DNA of 64,000 nt. It comes from Eledone cirrhosa (Eukaryota). The stretch covers positions 15,438,001-15,502,000 of the forward strand of contig OZ024762.1 of assembly GCA_964016885.1 (NCBI GenBank), read 5' to 3'. This document shows positions 62,575-64,000 of the stretch, piece after piece. A program made the translations under genes and the position numbers. Position 1 is the stretch's first letter. Every line of letters starts with the position of its first letter. The notes below the pieces were generated by a model that was given only the letters and a program-made list of their open reading frames with translations, had not been told where the DNA came from and made no database searches.

Positions 62575-63676
62575 CTCTTCGTACTCCTGGAGATGAGGGT
62601 TGCACATTTTTTTGGGGGGGGTATGTGTTACCCATATAAACTGTCTCCCTCTATTGGGGAAAATCGACTAACTTTTTAAATTCCATTTGTGATAACATTT
62701 TACACGTTTTTATTGTATGTAAACTTCCCCCTTTGTATTTGTCCCCTTCTTTTGTGCCCCTGTGGCTAATAAAGAAATATATCTATATATATATCTACCG
62801 ACCTACCCACCTACCTACCTACCTACCTATCTATATAGATAGGTAAATTTCTTTATTAGCCACAAGCGCACAAAAGAAGGGGACGAATACAAATGGGGAG
62901 TTTACATACAGGTATATGAAAATAAAACTATTAATAAAATAACAAATAACAATTGAAATCCCCACTAGGGGGAGGCGTTACACAGGGCTTGTACACACCC
63001 CGAAAAAATGTACAACCCTCATCTCCAGGAGCACCAAGAGTGAGTACTCCCTTCCTCTCTTCCTCTTTTTCCTCAACCTACAGGCTTATATAGAGAGAAG
63101 GCCCAACCACTCGGGCCATCTTTTCCACATTCACATTCACTGTGAGCGCCTGAGCACATTCGATGTGCCAGTCGTACATTTTACTGTCTTTGCTTGTCCC
63201 AGGACTGCAGCTCGGTCAGCGAGACGAGTCGTGGGCAGGCTCGCCTCACGAACGGGGCCAAAAACCGGTTGTCCGGGGAGGAATACGTGGAGGTGCCGTA
63301 GCCTGAGCGCGTGTTTGCGCATCGTCAGCCACGGCATCCCCAGCCCTCCGTTTGAAGGGTGTTGGCAGCAGATGGATGTTCTCACCAAAGGAACCCGTTT
63401 CTTCCAAAAGAATTGGAAGAGCGCGCACTCCATTTTGGTGAGCGTTTTGGCTGGACAAGGCACGACGGTCAAGCGGTAGTAGATGACGGACGCTATAAAA
63501 GTGTTCGCCACCTCTGCTCGACCTTTCGAGGATAGTTTGCACTCGGCCCACTTCTGGGTGAGCGCAAACACCTTGGCCGTCACCTCGTTCCAGTTCTTCT
63601 AGATAGGTAGGTAGATAGACAGATATATATATATATATATATTACCTACCTACCTATCTATCTATTTATCTATCTA

Positions 63677-63717
<41 letters not shown>

Positions 63718-64000
63718 CCTATCTATCTATCTATTTATATATCTATCTATATATCTACCTATCTACCGGTTCGTGACAAGATCTACAGGCACGGATGCCC
63801 CGGCAGGGATCCTTCCAAGAGGACGTGTCCAAGATGTGAGCAGGACATTGAAACTGTCCTGCGCGCAATTGTACACTGCCCGGGCGTAACCGACCTGTGG
63901 AACTATGCAGAACAACTGCTGTCGCGTATGGGACAAATCCAGTTGACTGCCGAGTCCATAGTAAGGATCAAACTGCCAACTTCTTTCAAAATGTACAGTG
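62575..64000. mobile_element. Cluster of three Tx1-clade LINE fragments in (TATC)/(TACC)n
   Basis: 62575-62778 (+, 3' UTR matching 8765-8964), 62847-63600 (-, diverged, internally deleted, LSSKGRAEVAN...GGLG), 63767-64000 (+, zinc-knuckle region). Confidence 0.88.

Overview
Eukaryotic, AT-rich, microsatellite-saturated animal genomic DNA. The repeat landscape suggests a mollusc, probably an octopod cephalopod; this is inference only. No prokaryotic features are present. One spliced + strand gene is hidden in the repeats. Fifteen short exons (13288-62486) join with consistent GT-AG phases into a ~510-aa partial protein with an N-terminal pseudokinase domain followed by helical armadillo-like repeats, best matching STKLD1/SgK071; the gene continues past the window. 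An RFX X-box and a forkhead motif lie just upstream of the ATG. The introns and upstream region contain Tx1-clade LINEs in (GATA)n, an R4/Dong-like RLE LINE in (TAA)n, several RTE fragments, Penelope-like elements, tRNA-derived Meta-domain-like SINEs, Helitrons, piggyBac/hAT/Tc1 MITEs, and 95-, 111-, 30- and 21-bp tandem arrays. The most unusual signals are three. (1) A dense, multi-family population of ORF-less fold-back elements in (TA)n that carry minimal hammerhead ribozymes of the Penelope pLTR type. (2) About 100 tandem copies of a 21-bp piece of RTE coding sequence at a LINE 5' junction, whose recurrent variants are synonymous. (3) Apparent partitioning of retroelement families by microsatellite target. 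Nearly all long ORFs in the supplied track are microsatellite artefacts.
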